Of a DNA stretch of 64,000 bases, positions 16,802 through 26,812 are shown in pieces. The translations under genes were made by a program, and so were the position numbers. This stretch comes from Ignavibacteriota bacterium (lineage in GTDB: Bacteria > Bacteroidota > Ignavibacteria > UBA10030 > UBA6906): positions 76,677-140,676 of the forward strand of contig JADJHP010000003.1 of assembly GCA_016707525.1 (NCBI GenBank), read 5' to 3'. Position 1 is the stretch's first letter. The number at the start of each line of letters is the position of its first letter. The notes below the pieces were generated by a model. The model searched no databases. It saw only the letters and a program-made list of their open reading frames with translations, and was not told the origin of the DNA.

Positions 16802-18320
16802 TCAGGTGGCGGAGCCGGACAACCGGCTCTTCCTCCATCCGAAGACGGCATACACCACGAGTCCGGCGGCAAGCCACGTACCGAAACGGATCCACGTGAT
16901 CTCCGGCAATCCCATCATCAGGTAGATGCAGCTCGCGATCCCGAGGATCGGGACCAGAGGCACCAGCGGCGTGCGGAAATGCACGTTTCCGGTGGGGGTC
17001 CTTGACGCGGAGCACGATCACACCGGCACACACGAGCATGAATGCGAACAGCGTCCCGATGTTCGTCAACTCAACGATCTCATTGATGTTCGCCACCGCG
17101 GAAACGACCGCAACCCCAACACCGGTCCAGAACGTCGTGATGTGCGGCGTCTTGTATTTCGGGTGCACGCGGGAGAAGTACGCCGGCAATAATCCATCGC
17201 GCGACATCGCAAAGAAAATGCGGGGCTGGCCGTACTGGAAGACCAGAAGGACCGCGGTCATGGAGACCACGGCGCCTACGGCAACGATCCCCGCGGAGAC
17301 ATCGGAGTGGACATACGCGAATGCCGCCGCCAGCGGGTCCGCGACGCCCAGGTGCTGCCACGGCACCATCCCGGTGAGCACGAGCGCCACCACGATATAG
17401 ATCACCGTACAGACCGCCAGTGATCCGATGATGCCGATCGGCAGATCGCGTTCCGGGTGTTTGCATTCCTCCGCGGCGGTCGAGATCGCATCGAACCCGA
17501 TGTAGGCGAAGAAGATGAGCGAGGCGCCGACCCACACGCCGGAGAACCCATTGGGCATGAACGGCGACCAGTTCTCGGGTTTCACGAATTGTGCGCCGGC
17601 ATAGACGAAGAACATCAGGATGACGAGCTTCACGATCACCATGACGTTGTTGACCCGTACGGACTCCTTGACGCCGATGATGAGCAGCCAGGTGATGACC
17701 GCCACGATGCCAACGGCAAGGGCATTGAAGATGATGGGGATGCCGAGGAAGGTGGGGTGTGCACGCCAGGCTTCGAGCGGCAGAAGGAGCGAAGCATCCA
17801 CCTGTCCACCCGCTTTCAGGGCCGCCTCGGCCGCCTGGGCAGCGGATCGATAGTCCACCGCCAGCCAGGCCGGGATGTGCCATCCGATCCCCTCGCAGAG
17901 CTGATGGAAGTAGGCGGCCCAGGCGATGGCGACCGCGACATTCCCTACCGCATATTCGATGATCAGGTCCCACCCGATGATCCACGCAACAAGCTCACCC
18001 AGCGTCGCATAGGAATACGTGTACGCGCTTCCCGAGATCGGCACGAGCGACGCGAATTCCGCGTAGCAGAGCCCGCAGAACGCGCACGCGACCGCCGTCA
18101 GTCCGAACGAGAGGACGATCGCCGGGCCGGCACCGGGGCGCATCGCATCACCCGCCACAGCGGTCCCGATGGTGGCGAAGATGCCTGATCCGATGATCGC
18201 GCCGATACCGAGCATGACGATGTCGAATGGCCCGAGCGCCCTCTTGAGCTGATGCTCGGGGTTCTCCGCCTCGCGCATGATCGCATCAAGGCTCTTCGTG
18301 CGGAACAATTGACGGAACAT
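16802..18320 (-). pseudogene. APC-family amino acid permease interrupted by a +1 frameshift near 16977..16979
   Basis: The 571-aa ORF is permease-like up to ...LRVKDPHRKRAF, then turns into an Arg-rich tail that overlaps the thioredoxin gene. The 60-aa ORF 16802..16984 (..FRTPLVPLVPILGIASCIYLMMGLP..) is the expected permease C-terminus. Removing one T from GCATTTCCG restores RKRAFRTPLVP. Confidence 0.85.
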
Positions 18321-18403
18321 GTTCCCTCTGGATGGTGCAGGTGAGAACAGCGGAACCCCGCAGGCACCGGGGTGTACGGCGCGCTGCGTGGGCCACGAAC
18401 GGA

Positions 18404-19450
18404 TCAGTTGAAACGGTACTTGCGGTAGGTGCTCACGCCTTCCTGCAGGACGACCTTGAAGAAGCCTGCGACCGGCACGGCGAGCAGCATGCCGAGGATC
18501 CCAAACAGCTCTCCGCCGATCATGATCGCGATCAGAACGAGGACCGGATGCATCTCCACGCTGGAGGCGACGATCGTCGGTGCCACAACGAAATCGTCGA
18601 GCAATTTCAGGATGAAGTACGCGATGATCACAGGGGTCGCACTGTTCAGATCGCCGCTCCCCAGCACGGCAACGATCGCCGCGGGGATCACCCCGGCGAT
18701 GGGTCCGACATACGGGATCAGGTTGGCGAGACCGGCAAAGACACCCAGGAACACGAAGTAATTCACACCGAGGATCCAGAGCGCAAGGATGGACATGAGG
18801 CCGAATGCCACGGCATCCACGAACTGGCCACGGAGATAGTTCCCCAGCTGCATGTCCATCTTGTACAGCAGGTCCAGGGTGAACTCAAAGTACCGGTTCG
18901 GCACCATACTCACCAGTTTCTTCTTCATCTCCCTGCCGTCCTTGAGGAAGAAGAACATCAGGAACGGGATCGTCACCGCATTCACGATCAGACTGAGGGA
19001 ATCGCTCAACAGGAATGAGAAGACACGTTCGGCGATGGATTGTTTGATGGTAGCGATGCGGCCGAGGAGGTCAAGGTCCTCAAGCCCGAGGAACGCGAAC
19101 GAGGTCTTCAGCGAGCGTTCGATCCCCCGGATCGCCTCCGCGGCCTGTTCGGTGGTCGCGCCCGACTGCAACGCGCCCATCTGGTCCATGATGGCCGGGA
19201 CAAGGAGATACGCCGTTCCACCGATGACCAACGTCAAGGTGAGCACGACGAGAACGACGGCAAGCGTCCGGCTCATCCCCCGCGCCTCGAGTGCCGTGGC
19301 AGCGGGATCCAGGATGTACGCCAGGAGCAACGAGAGGATGACCACCTGCGCCGCACCTCCGAGAAAGAGCAGGAGGATCGCGATCGTCATCGCGGCCAGC
19401 AGCGGCACCAATTCGTGCGACGGACGCGTCGGAGGAATGGTCGGGGTCAT
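18404..19450 (-). CDS. AI-2E family (PerM/UPF0118) transporter
   Basis: 348 aa, 7-8 TM pattern, conserved C-terminal IIGGELFGILGMLLAVPV segment. Confidence 0.85.
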   Translation of the reverse strand: MTPTIPPTRPSHELVPLLAAMTIAILLLFLGGAAQVVILSLLLAYILDPAATALEARGMSRTLAVVLVVLTLTLVIGGTAYLLVPAIMDQMGALQSGATTEQAAEAIRGIERSLKTSFAFLGLEDLDLLGRIATIKQSIAERVFSFLLSDSLSLIVNAVTIPFLMFFFLKDGREMKKKLVSMVPNRYFEFTLDLLYKMDMQLGNYLRGQFVDAVAFGLMSILALWILGVNYFVFLGVFAGLANLIPYVGPIAGVIPAAIVAVLGSGDLNSATPVIIAYFILKLLDDFVVAPTIVASSVEMHPVLVLIAIMIGGELFGILGMLLAVPVAGFFKVVLQEGVSTYRKYRFN

Positions 19451-19974
19451 CGGGCCGCCGGGCCGTTCAGCGCGTTCACGCGTTCTGTCAACGCCAGCAC
19501 CTGGACGTTCGCCTTGCGCAATCTGTCACCCAGGATCTTCGCAAGCCGGATCACGATCTTCACCCCGAAGCGCGGGTCGCGTTCGATGAGTGCGAACAGG
19601 TCGGACTGAAAGAACCCGAGGATGAGGCAGTGGGTCCTGGCCACGACCGTTGCAGAACGTGAGGTCTCATCGAGCAGAGAGACCTCACCGAAGAAGTCGC
19701 CATCCCCGAGGGCCGAGAGCTGCACGTCGTCGCGGCCGGAGATGACCGCGGCTTCACCGGACTGGATGATATACATCCCGAGGCCCGGCTCATCCTGACG
19801 GATGATCACTTCACCCGGAAGATACTCACGCTTGTGCAGGACGCGTCCAAGGGCCGCGAGTTCACGTGGCGAGAACCCTTCGAAGACCGGGATCTTCTCG
19901 AGGATGGCCTGCAATGCTTCGTCGGGCTTCGCTTTACGATTGTAGCCGAAGACCCGCGCGCGGAAGTCGTTCAT
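19447..19974 (-). CDS. Cyclic nucleotide-binding domain protein
   Basis: 175 aa with GDFFGEVSLLDETSRSATVVA, the cNMP phosphate-binding cassette pattern. 4-nt overlap with the AI-2E gene. Confidence 0.8.
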   Translation of the reverse strand: MNDFRARVFGYNRKAKPDEALQAILEKIPVFEGFSPRELAALGRVLHKREYLPGEVIIRQDEPGLGMYIIQSGEAAVISGRDDVQLSALGDGDFFGEVSLLDETSRSATVVARTHCLILGFFQSDLFALIERDPRFGVKIVIRLAKILGDRLRKANVQVLALTERVNALNGPAAR

Positions 19975-20039
19975 GGTGTAAGGCCTCAGTGGGGGATCGA
20001 TCGGTGCAATATAGGGGATTCGGTGGTAAAAATCACCAC

Positions 20040-22793
20040 CTACCGCGAGAGGAGAAGCGTTCCGTACTTCTCAACGATACTCCGGACCTCCTCGAGGCGG
20101 ATCGGCTTGCTCAGGAAATCATCCATGCCGGATGCCATGCACGCCTCACGGTCGTTCGCCATGACATTGGCTGTCAGGGCGACGATCTGGGGTCTGTCAT
20201 CCCCGGTGTAGCGCTCCCGGATGATCCGGGTGGCGCGGAGGCCGTCCATGACGGGCATCTGGACGTCCATGAAGATCAGGTCATACTGTTGCCGTTCAAG
20301 AGCATCGATGGCTTCCTGGCCGTCGGCGGCCACATCCGCACGATACCCCATCTTGCGCAGGATCGCGAGGGCCAGGGCCTGATTCACGGGATTGTCCTCC
20401 GCGACCAGGATCCGCAGCGGCAGCCGCAGCGCCAGCGTTTTGTCCAGGACCGTGCTGCCCACCGCACGTATCTGCTGGGGGGGGCCGCCGGGTGCCAGAC
20501 GGATGGCCTTCAGGATCTGCGCAGGCTTCACCGGCTTGAGGGTTTGACCGGCGAAGAGTCCGACAACGTCCTCGCGCACCATGCCCGCTCCCGTAGCCAT
20601 GAGGACCATGGGCAACGAAGCTCCGGTCGCGAGGGTGCGGACATGGCGTGCAAACTCGATCCCGGACATCTGAGGCATGACCGCATCAACCAGGAGAACG
20701 TCCACATGCCCCCCGGCGGCCAGCGTAGCCAGAGCCCGGGCAGGATCCGTGAATGCACGGACGCGCATCCCTTCCGATTCGCACACCCGTTGCAGCAACG
20801 CTGTCACGGTCGTATTGTCATCCACGATCATGATATCGGTCGGACCAGCAGGCCTCTTCCCGTCAGCCTTCTCTTTCGGCGCCACCGCGGCGACCGGAAC
20901 GCACAGAGCGAAGAAGAATGTCGCACCCAGCCCCTCCGTGCTTTCTACCCAGATGCGCCCCTCCATCAGTTCCACCAGGCGCTTGGATATCGCCAGGCCG
21001 AGCCCCGTGCCACCATATTTACGATTCACGGAACGGTCGGCCTGCGAAAACGGCTGGAACAACCGGTGCCTCGCGGACTCGGCGATGCCAATGCCTGTAT
21101 CCTTCACGCTGACGAGGAGTTCAACCCGATCACCATCGGTCAACCGGCCCACGGCATTGACCGCAACCTCCCCCTGTTGCGTGAACTTGACGGCATTGCC
21201 GACGAGATTCGCGAGTACCTGACGGACACGGGAGGCATCGCCCATCAGGACCTCGGGAACCGTTGGGTCCACGGACCCGATCAATTCGATGTTCTTTTCT
21301 GCGGCTTTCCCTGCGAAGAGATCGAGCACCTCTTCGATGCAGGAGTGAAGAGAGAAGGGCTCCCGCTCAAGGTCGATCCGTCCCGATTCCACTTTCGAGA
21401 AATCCAGGATCTCATTCAGGATCCCCAGGAGCGATTCCCCGCTGTTCCGGATGGTCTCGGCATATTCGCGCTGCTCTTCGGTGAGCCCGGTCTCAAGGAG
21501 CAGACTGGTCATGCCGATGACGCCATTCATCGGCGTGCGGATCTCATGGCTCATGGCAGCGAGAAAACTCGCCTTCGCTCTCCCTGCTTCCTCCGCCTCG
21601 TCTTTCGCAAGGCGCAGCTGTTCCGCATAGAGCCGGAGTTCCTCTTCGGACTGCTTTCGCTCCGTGATGTCCTGCATCGTCGAGCGAATACCGATCACGT
21701 TCCCTGCACTGTCCAGCTGTACACGGTCCTCGACAAGGACCGGCACTTCCGAACCATTGCTCCTGCGGAACACCCGCTCATACGGCTCCTTGGGAGCGGC
21801 CTCACCGTTCATCTTGCGGGCGACCGCCTTGCGGGAGGTCTCCGGGTCGGCAAGAAAATCCCACACCGGACGGCCGAGCATCTCTTCTTCGGAATATCCG
21901 AGCATGGCCTGCTCGGTCCGGTTCACACGCGTGAAGATACCGTTCCTGTCGATCTCATGGTACCCCACCGGTGCATCGTCGTACAGGTCGCGGAACCTCT
22001 GTTCGCTTGCCCGCACGGCTTCCTCCGCCTCCCGGTCTTCGGTGATGTCCCGGAAGATACCGAAGGCCCCGGCAAGGACGCCGCGCCCGTCGAATTGAGG
22101 TGTTGCGGTAACGAGGAGTGTCCGGTGCTTGCTGTCCGGACGGCGGATCATGATGTTGTACGTGCTGCGGATGCCGGTCCCGCGGATGCGGGTCTGTTCC
22201 CGGATGGACGCGAACACCTCCGGCGTGGTGAACTCACCGATGCACCGCCCCTTCAACGTCCCCTCTTCTACACCGAAGATCGTCTCCGCTGCCGGATTCA
22301 CGAACGTGAACCGCTCGTCGAGATCGACGAAGACGATCCCCTCCCCGGTATTCTCGATCAGCGTGCGGTACAGCTCTTCGCTGGCCCGGAGTTTCTGTTC
22401 CGCGTGATGGCGGTACAGTGCCATCTCCACCGTCGTAGCAAGCTCGCGTTCATCGAACGGCTTCAGGACGTAGCCGAACGGACCGATCTGCTTCGCCCGA
22501 TGGAGGGTCTCCTTATCCGAATACGACGTCACAAAGATGACCGGCACATCGACCTCGGCCCGGATCTTCTCCGCGGCGGTGATGCCGTCGTACTCACCGT
22601 CCATCCCGATATCCATCAGCAACAGGTCGGGCCGATGCTCTATCGCTGCATGATAGGCATCCACCCCGCTGCCGACCACAGCAACGACTGAGCAGCCAAG
22701 CGCGAGCATGCGCTTCCGCAGATCGGCAGCGACGATGCGTTCGTCGTCGGCAATGATGACCCGGGCATTCTCGGGTGTCATGAGACCATTCAT
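20040..22793 (-). CDS. Hybrid sensor histidine kinase: REC-PAS-PAS-HisKA-HATPase-REC-REC
   Basis: 917 aa. N-terminal receiver (DLLLMDIGM), two PAS-like segments, H-box SHEIRTPMNGVIGM, N/G boxes, and two C-terminal receivers (the last has DLIFMDVQMPVMDG). Confidence 0.9.
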   Translation of the reverse strand: MNGLMTPENARVIIADDERIVAADLRKRMLALGCSVVAVVGSGVDAYHAAIEHRPDLLLMDIGMDGEYDGITAAEKIRAEVDVPVIFVTSYSDKETLHRAKQIGPFGYVLKPFDERELATTVEMALYRHHAEQKLRASEELYRTLIENTGEGIVFVDLDERFTFVNPAAETIFGVEEGTLKGRCIGEFTTPEVFASIREQTRIRGTGIRSTYNIMIRRPDSKHRTLLVTATPQFDGRGVLAGAFGIFRDITEDREAEEAVRASEQRFRDLYDDAPVGYHEIDRNGIFTRVNRTEQAMLGYSEEEMLGRPVWDFLADPETSRKAVARKMNGEAAPKEPYERVFRRSNGSEVPVLVEDRVQLDSAGNVIGIRSTMQDITERKQSEEELRLYAEQLRLAKDEAEEAGRAKASFLAAMSHEIRTPMNGVIGMTSLLLETGLTEEQREYAETIRNSGESLLGILNEILDFSKVESGRIDLEREPFSLHSCIEEVLDLFAGKAAEKNIELIGSVDPTVPEVLMGDASRVRQVLANLVGNAVKFTQQGEVAVNAVGRLTDGDRVELLVSVKDTGIGIAESARHRLFQPFSQADRSVNRKYGGTGLGLAISKRLVELMEGRIWVESTEGLGATFFFALCVPVAAVAPKEKADGKRPAGPTDIMIVDDNTTVTALLQRVCESEGMRVRAFTDPARALATLAAGGHVDVLLVDAVMPQMSGIEFARHVRTLATGASLPMVLMATGAGMVREDVVGLFAGQTLKPVKPAQILKAIRLAPGGPPQQIRAVGSTVLDKTLALRLPLRILVAEDNPVNQALALAILRKMGYRADVAADGQEAIDALERQQYDLIFMDVQMPVMDGLRATRIIRERYTGDDRPQIVALTANVMANDREACMASGMDDFLSKPIRLEEVRSIVEKYGTLLLSR

Positions 22794-22932
22794 ACGACTC
22801 CATAGTGCAAGAGCTGTACCAACGAGGGAATGCCCGGAGGAACGTCAATCGGGGGGAGAAAGAGGCGAAATCAGGCCAATTTCGAGAACCAGTGGTCAAC
22901 CACGGCCAGCTGCTCTCTATTAAACAGGCATG

Positions 22933-23790
22933 CTATTGAAGTTTCTTCAGCAGGTCGAGGCGGAGAGATTCGTTCTTACCGTATCCGAGGATGCCATACA
23001 CGTCGGAACCCCGGACCACGATGTCCAGCGGACCGTGGTGGGGATCGATCAGGTGCGTCGTTGCAGGTCCGGCCGGAGAACCCTTGCCCCCCGCCGTCCT
23101 GACGAACGATGCACGAATACGCTCCGCGGCGTCGGGAGACGCGGTGCGGATGAGGAAGGCCTGTGCACCCTCCCCGCTTCCGTAGCGGGCCAGGTACACA
23201 CGGGAGAGAAATCCGTACCCGAGAAAATCGCTCGCAATATACTGCTCCGACCGGGGTATGCGTCCGCCCGAAGGCAGCGCAGCGAATTCCGGAGGGAGCC
23301 CGCGCGGCGACCCCAACACAACATCAAAGGACCGCGCGAGCAGCAGGAGATCATCGCGTCCGACAGCAGGAGGCGACGACAACTTGAGATACCAGCGGCC
23401 GAAAACAACGATCATCATCCCGGCATCCGCGCATCCTTCGTTGCCCACCTCGACGGCAGCGTTGTCAGGCGAACGTTCTTGCGAGTACATGCCATACGCA
23501 TCAGATACTCCGGCATGGCGATACAGCTCCGCACGCACCTCCTCACCTGACGGCGTGCGGTAGGTCGCACATTGCAGGCGCTCAAAACCATAGATCACAA
23601 AAAGATCCGCGGCACCGTCGATGTACTCCCAGAGATCGTCCGGGCCGTAGACAGCCGTGTCGGCCTGCACAGTCCACCCCCCGGGGACAGGGAAGACGAA
23701 CGCGTCACGGTCGTCCTCGCTCCTTGCAGGGATCGCACCCGAGAGAGCGATGAGGGCGGGGAGGACGAGCGCACGGACCGCCCGCGTCAT
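22933..23790 (-). CDS. Secreted hypothetical protein (DUF6599-like by recollection)
   Basis: 285 aa with a signal peptide (ALVLPALIALSGAIPARS) and a DLWEYIDGAADLFVIYGF motif. 4-nt overlap with the upstream reductase gene. Confidence 0.5.
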   Translation of the reverse strand: MTRAVRALVLPALIALSGAIPARSEDDRDAFVFPVPGGWTVQADTAVYGPDDLWEYIDGAADLFVIYGFERLQCATYRTPSGEEVRAELYRHAGVSDAYGMYSQERSPDNAAVEVGNEGCADAGMMIVVFGRWYLKLSSPPAVGRDDLLLLARSFDVVLGSPRGLPPEFAALPSGGRIPRSEQYIASDFLGYGFLSRVYLARYGSGEGAQAFLIRTASPDAAERIRASFVRTAGGKGSPAGPATTHLIDPHHGPLDIVVRGSDVYGILGYGKNESLRLDLLKKLQ

Positions 23791-24974
23791 GACAGGAACT
23801 CTTCCGGGATCTGGCCGACACGCCTCACGTCAGCGATCCGGTCGCGGACCGGGAATCCCTTCACGCAGGAAGCGGAGCAGGTCTCACAATCGTGACACGG
23901 GTCGTTGCCACCGTCATGCTGCTTCACCACCGCATGGGCCATGGCAAGGTCGCGATAGCCATAGGCGTACATGAAGGCACGCATATATTCCGGGATCGAC
24001 AGGCTGCGCGGACAGCCGGCCACACAGTGCTCACACCCCTGGCAGTACAATCCACCTTCCAGCCGCCCTGCCACGAGCGAGTCCTGTTCCTCTTCGGTCA
24101 TCGTCAGATCCTGATTCACACTGGCGTTCTCGTCCAGTTGATCGAAGGAGGTGATACCGGGGATCGTGGTCGCGACATTCGGATCCTGCAGCACGAATTT
24201 CAGCGCGGCCTTGCAGTTGATGGGCTTCGTCTTCTCTTTGTCGAGGAACCCCCCGGCCATCGTCTTCATCCCGACGATGCCCACGCCCGCCTGCGCAGCA
24301 CGTGCGATCGCAGCCTTCACGGAGGGATAGTGGTCCTGTTTGAAATTCACGGCGGTCAGGACGACGTCGTACACGCCGCAGTCGACGGCGGCATCGATCA
24401 CATCGGGTTCGTTCTTGTGCGTGGAAACCCCGAGGAAACGCGTGTAGCCCTTATCCTTCGCCTGCTGCAAGGCATCCAGCATGGCCGGCGCACAGGTGTC
24501 GTCCTTCGACGAGGTCGAATGCAGATACAGAATGTCCACATGATCCAACTTGAGCCGTTGCAGGCTCACCTCGACGAGGCTGAGCCACTTCCGTACCGCA
24601 GCCGTGGAGTCGCCAGTTTCAGACGGGACCTTCGTCGAGATCACGTACGAGTCGCGGGGCACATTGGCAAGGAACTTGCCCAGCATCACTTCGTTCATTC
24701 CCCGCTGGTACCCATGGGCCGTGTCCAGGTGCAGGAACCCCTTGTCGAGCGCGGCACGGACGAGACCGGGATTGTCCGAACGCATGACACCCATGCTCAC
24801 GACGGGAAGCATCAGCCCCGTCCGCCCGAGCTTCCGTGTATGCTTCACGGCCACGATGGGCGCCGGTGCGGATGATCCCCCGTTCTCCTGCGCATGCAGC
24901 GACCCGGTCAGGACCGCGCCGGAAGCAGCAACGAGTGAGGTCTTGAGAAAGCCGCGGCGGTCGAACTGTTCCAT
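23787..24974 (-). CDS. Tat-signal aldo/keto reductase with C-terminal Cys-rich (Fe-S) domain
   Basis: 395 aa. RRGFLK twin-arginine motif, AKR core (LDTAHGYQRG, DILYLHS), and C-terminal CQGCEHCVAGCP...CHDCETCSASC cysteine clusters. Confidence 0.8.
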   Translation of the reverse strand: MEQFDRRGFLKTSLVAASGAVLTGSLHAQENGGSSAPAPIVAVKHTRKLGRTGLMLPVVSMGVMRSDNPGLVRAALDKGFLHLDTAHGYQRGMNEVMLGKFLANVPRDSYVISTKVPSETGDSTAAVRKWLSLVEVSLQRLKLDHVDILYLHSTSSKDDTCAPAMLDALQQAKDKGYTRFLGVSTHKNEPDVIDAAVDCGVYDVVLTAVNFKQDHYPSVKAAIARAAQAGVGIVGMKTMAGGFLDKEKTKPINCKAALKFVLQDPNVATTIPGITSFDQLDENASVNQDLTMTEEEQDSLVAGRLEGGLYCQGCEHCVAGCPRSLSIPEYMRAFMYAYGYRDLAMAHAVVKQHDGGNDPCHDCETCSASCVKGFPVRDRIADVRRVGQIPEEFLS

Positions 24975-25000
24975 GGAGCCTCTCGAAGTGATGGGCGTGC

Positions 25001-26704
25001 CTAGTGATGATCCCTGCGGAGCGCAGTCGGGATATAGAGATGGCGCTTGATCTTCTGTGTCGGTGTTTTCTGGAACGGTTCCGCCTGCTCGATGATCCGG
25101 TGGATGCGCGCATACAACGGCACCCTGTCGTTGATCTCCTTCTGCAGGTCGGCAAGGAGTGCGTTCGCCTTCTGACGGATATCGGATTCACTGAGCGATT
25201 GCAGTGCCTTCTGCAGGCGCTCGTAGTCGAGATGCACCAACGCCACGAGTCGCTTCTGGTGCTCATACACCACCGATTCGCGGACGTGCTCGAACTCGTT
25301 GATAACGGCTTCGATCTCTTCGGGATAGATGTTCTTCCCGCTCGGGCCCAGGATCATGTTCTTGGAACGGCCCTTGATGAAAATGAAACCATCCGCATCG
25401 ATCACGCCAAGGTCGCCCGTGCTCAACCACCCGTCGTCGCTCAGGACCTGCCGGGTCTTCTCTTCATCTCGGTAGTATCCCTTCATCACCGTGGGGCCCT
25501 TCACCATGATCTCGCCCTCCCCCGTCCGGGGATTGGGATCCTGGATACGGATCGTCGTCCCACGCAGTGCGGGGCCGGTCGAGCGCAACCGCGTCCGTTC
25601 GGGACCGGTGCCCGCGATCAGGGGTGCGGTTTCCGTAAGGCCGTAACCGATCGCATACGGGAACTTCGCTTCGCGCAGGAACGACTCCACGTCGGGTGCC
25701 AGCGGCGCGCCATCGATGCAGAACAACCGCAGCTCACCACCGAAGGTCCGCAGGAGTTTCTTGCCGGCGATCCGGTGGAGTGCCTTGCGCAGCACCGGCA
25801 CCCCTATCGCCTTTCTCAAGAGCGCACTCTTCATCAGCTCCGGCTGGATCTTCGCCTTGTAGATCTTTTCGATGATCAGCGGTACGGACAACATGACCGT
25901 GGGCCGAACCCGTGTGAGCGCCGGGAGAAGGACCGGGGCGGTGGGCGGTTTGTCCATATAGTACACACTGGACCCCCTCACGATCGGCAGGATCATGCCA
26001 AGGGTGCTCTCATACGTATGGGGCAAGGGGAGGATCGACAGCATGCGATCGGTCTCGTCCAGCGACACGATCGTCATTGTTGCTTCAACATCCGACAGCA
26101 GGTTGCCATGCGTGAGCATCACGCCCTTGGAGTGGCCCGTCGTCCCCGACGTATACACGATCGACGCCAGGTCATCGGCAACCGGGAGGCGTTCGGGCAC
26201 GGCGTACACCGTGGACGGTGCCGCGTGCACATCCAGGATCGGTGTTCCATCGTCAGGATCGGTCTCTCCGGCGATGACCTGCTGCCAATTCTCGAGGAGC
26301 ACGATCGCCCCCGTTTCCGACGGGGCAAGCTCGCCGATCTTCGTGAGAAGGCGGCGCGACACGAACACCGCTTTGATCTCGGCGTGACGCAGGATCCGGG
26401 CGATGTCCGACGAATGGAAATCCGGGAGAATAGGCACCGCAACCGCACCGGACGCGGTGATGCCAAAGTACGCCGCCACCCAGTTCGGCATATTCTCGGA
26501 CAGTAGTGCGACGCGGTCACCGAAGCCGATGCCCGCTCCCTTCAGGAATGCACCCACCTGCTGTGCACGCTGCCAGAGCACATCATAGGTCATAGAGTCG
26601 CCGTCGACCAAGGCGACCGACGGACGGGAGCCGAAGCGTTGCGCGGACTGCTCGAGCGCACGACGCAGTGAACGGGGGAATGATGACATGGGTCCTGCCT
26701 GCAA
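25001..26704 (-). CDS. AMP-dependent synthetase/ligase (long-chain fatty acid--CoA ligase-like)
   Basis: 567 aa with YTSGTTGHSKGVMLTH and GYGLTE motifs and the DGWLSTGDLG region. Confidence 0.85.
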   Translation of the reverse strand: MQAGPMSSFPRSLRRALEQSAQRFGSRPSVALVDGDSMTYDVLWQRAQQVGAFLKGAGIGFGDRVALLSENMPNWVAAYFGITASGAVAVPILPDFHSSDIARILRHAEIKAVFVSRRLLTKIGELAPSETGAIVLLENWQQVIAGETDPDDGTPILDVHAAPSTVYAVPERLPVADDLASIVYTSGTTGHSKGVMLTHGNLLSDVEATMTIVSLDETDRMLSILPLPHTYESTLGMILPIVRGSSVYYMDKPPTAPVLLPALTRVRPTVMLSVPLIIEKIYKAKIQPELMKSALLRKAIGVPVLRKALHRIAGKKLLRTFGGELRLFCIDGAPLAPDVESFLREAKFPYAIGYGLTETAPLIAGTGPERTRLRSTGPALRGTTIRIQDPNPRTGEGEIMVKGPTVMKGYYRDEEKTRQVLSDDGWLSTGDLGVIDADGFIFIKGRSKNMILGPSGKNIYPEEIEAVINEFEHVRESVVYEHQKRLVALVHLDYERLQKALQSLSESDIRQKANALLADLQKEINDRVPLYARIHRIIEQAEPFQKTPTQKIKRHLYIPTALRRDHH

Positions 26705-26734
26705 CGTCTGAGAGGGGAGATTTGGAAGTACGCC

Positions 26735-26777
26735 GTAAAATACACAATCCCCCGGATACTCACAAGCACCGGGGGAT
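26735..26777 (-). terminator. Intrinsic terminator of the trp operon
   Basis: Minus strand reads ATCCCCCGG-(13 nt)-CCGGGGGAT followed by TGTGTATTTTAC, about 35 nt after the trpA stop. Confidence 0.6.
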
Positions 26778-26812
26778 CGGGTGGAACGAGAGAACTGCCT
26801 GAGGGGCGGAAT

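Noticed and set aside
19866-22691. 941-aa plus-strand ORF exactly antisense to the 917-aa hybrid kinase. Similar long antisense ORFs lie at 9050..11113 (687 aa), 5280..7211 (643 aa), 3916..5277 (453 aa), 49873..51792 (639 aa) and 35596..37110 (504 aa).
   Set aside because: Their translations are Arg/His/Asp/Pro-rich low-complexity strings with no recognisable motifs, whereas the opposite strand encodes clearly recognisable proteins. Long stop-free antisense frames are an expected by-product of high G+C and codon bias.
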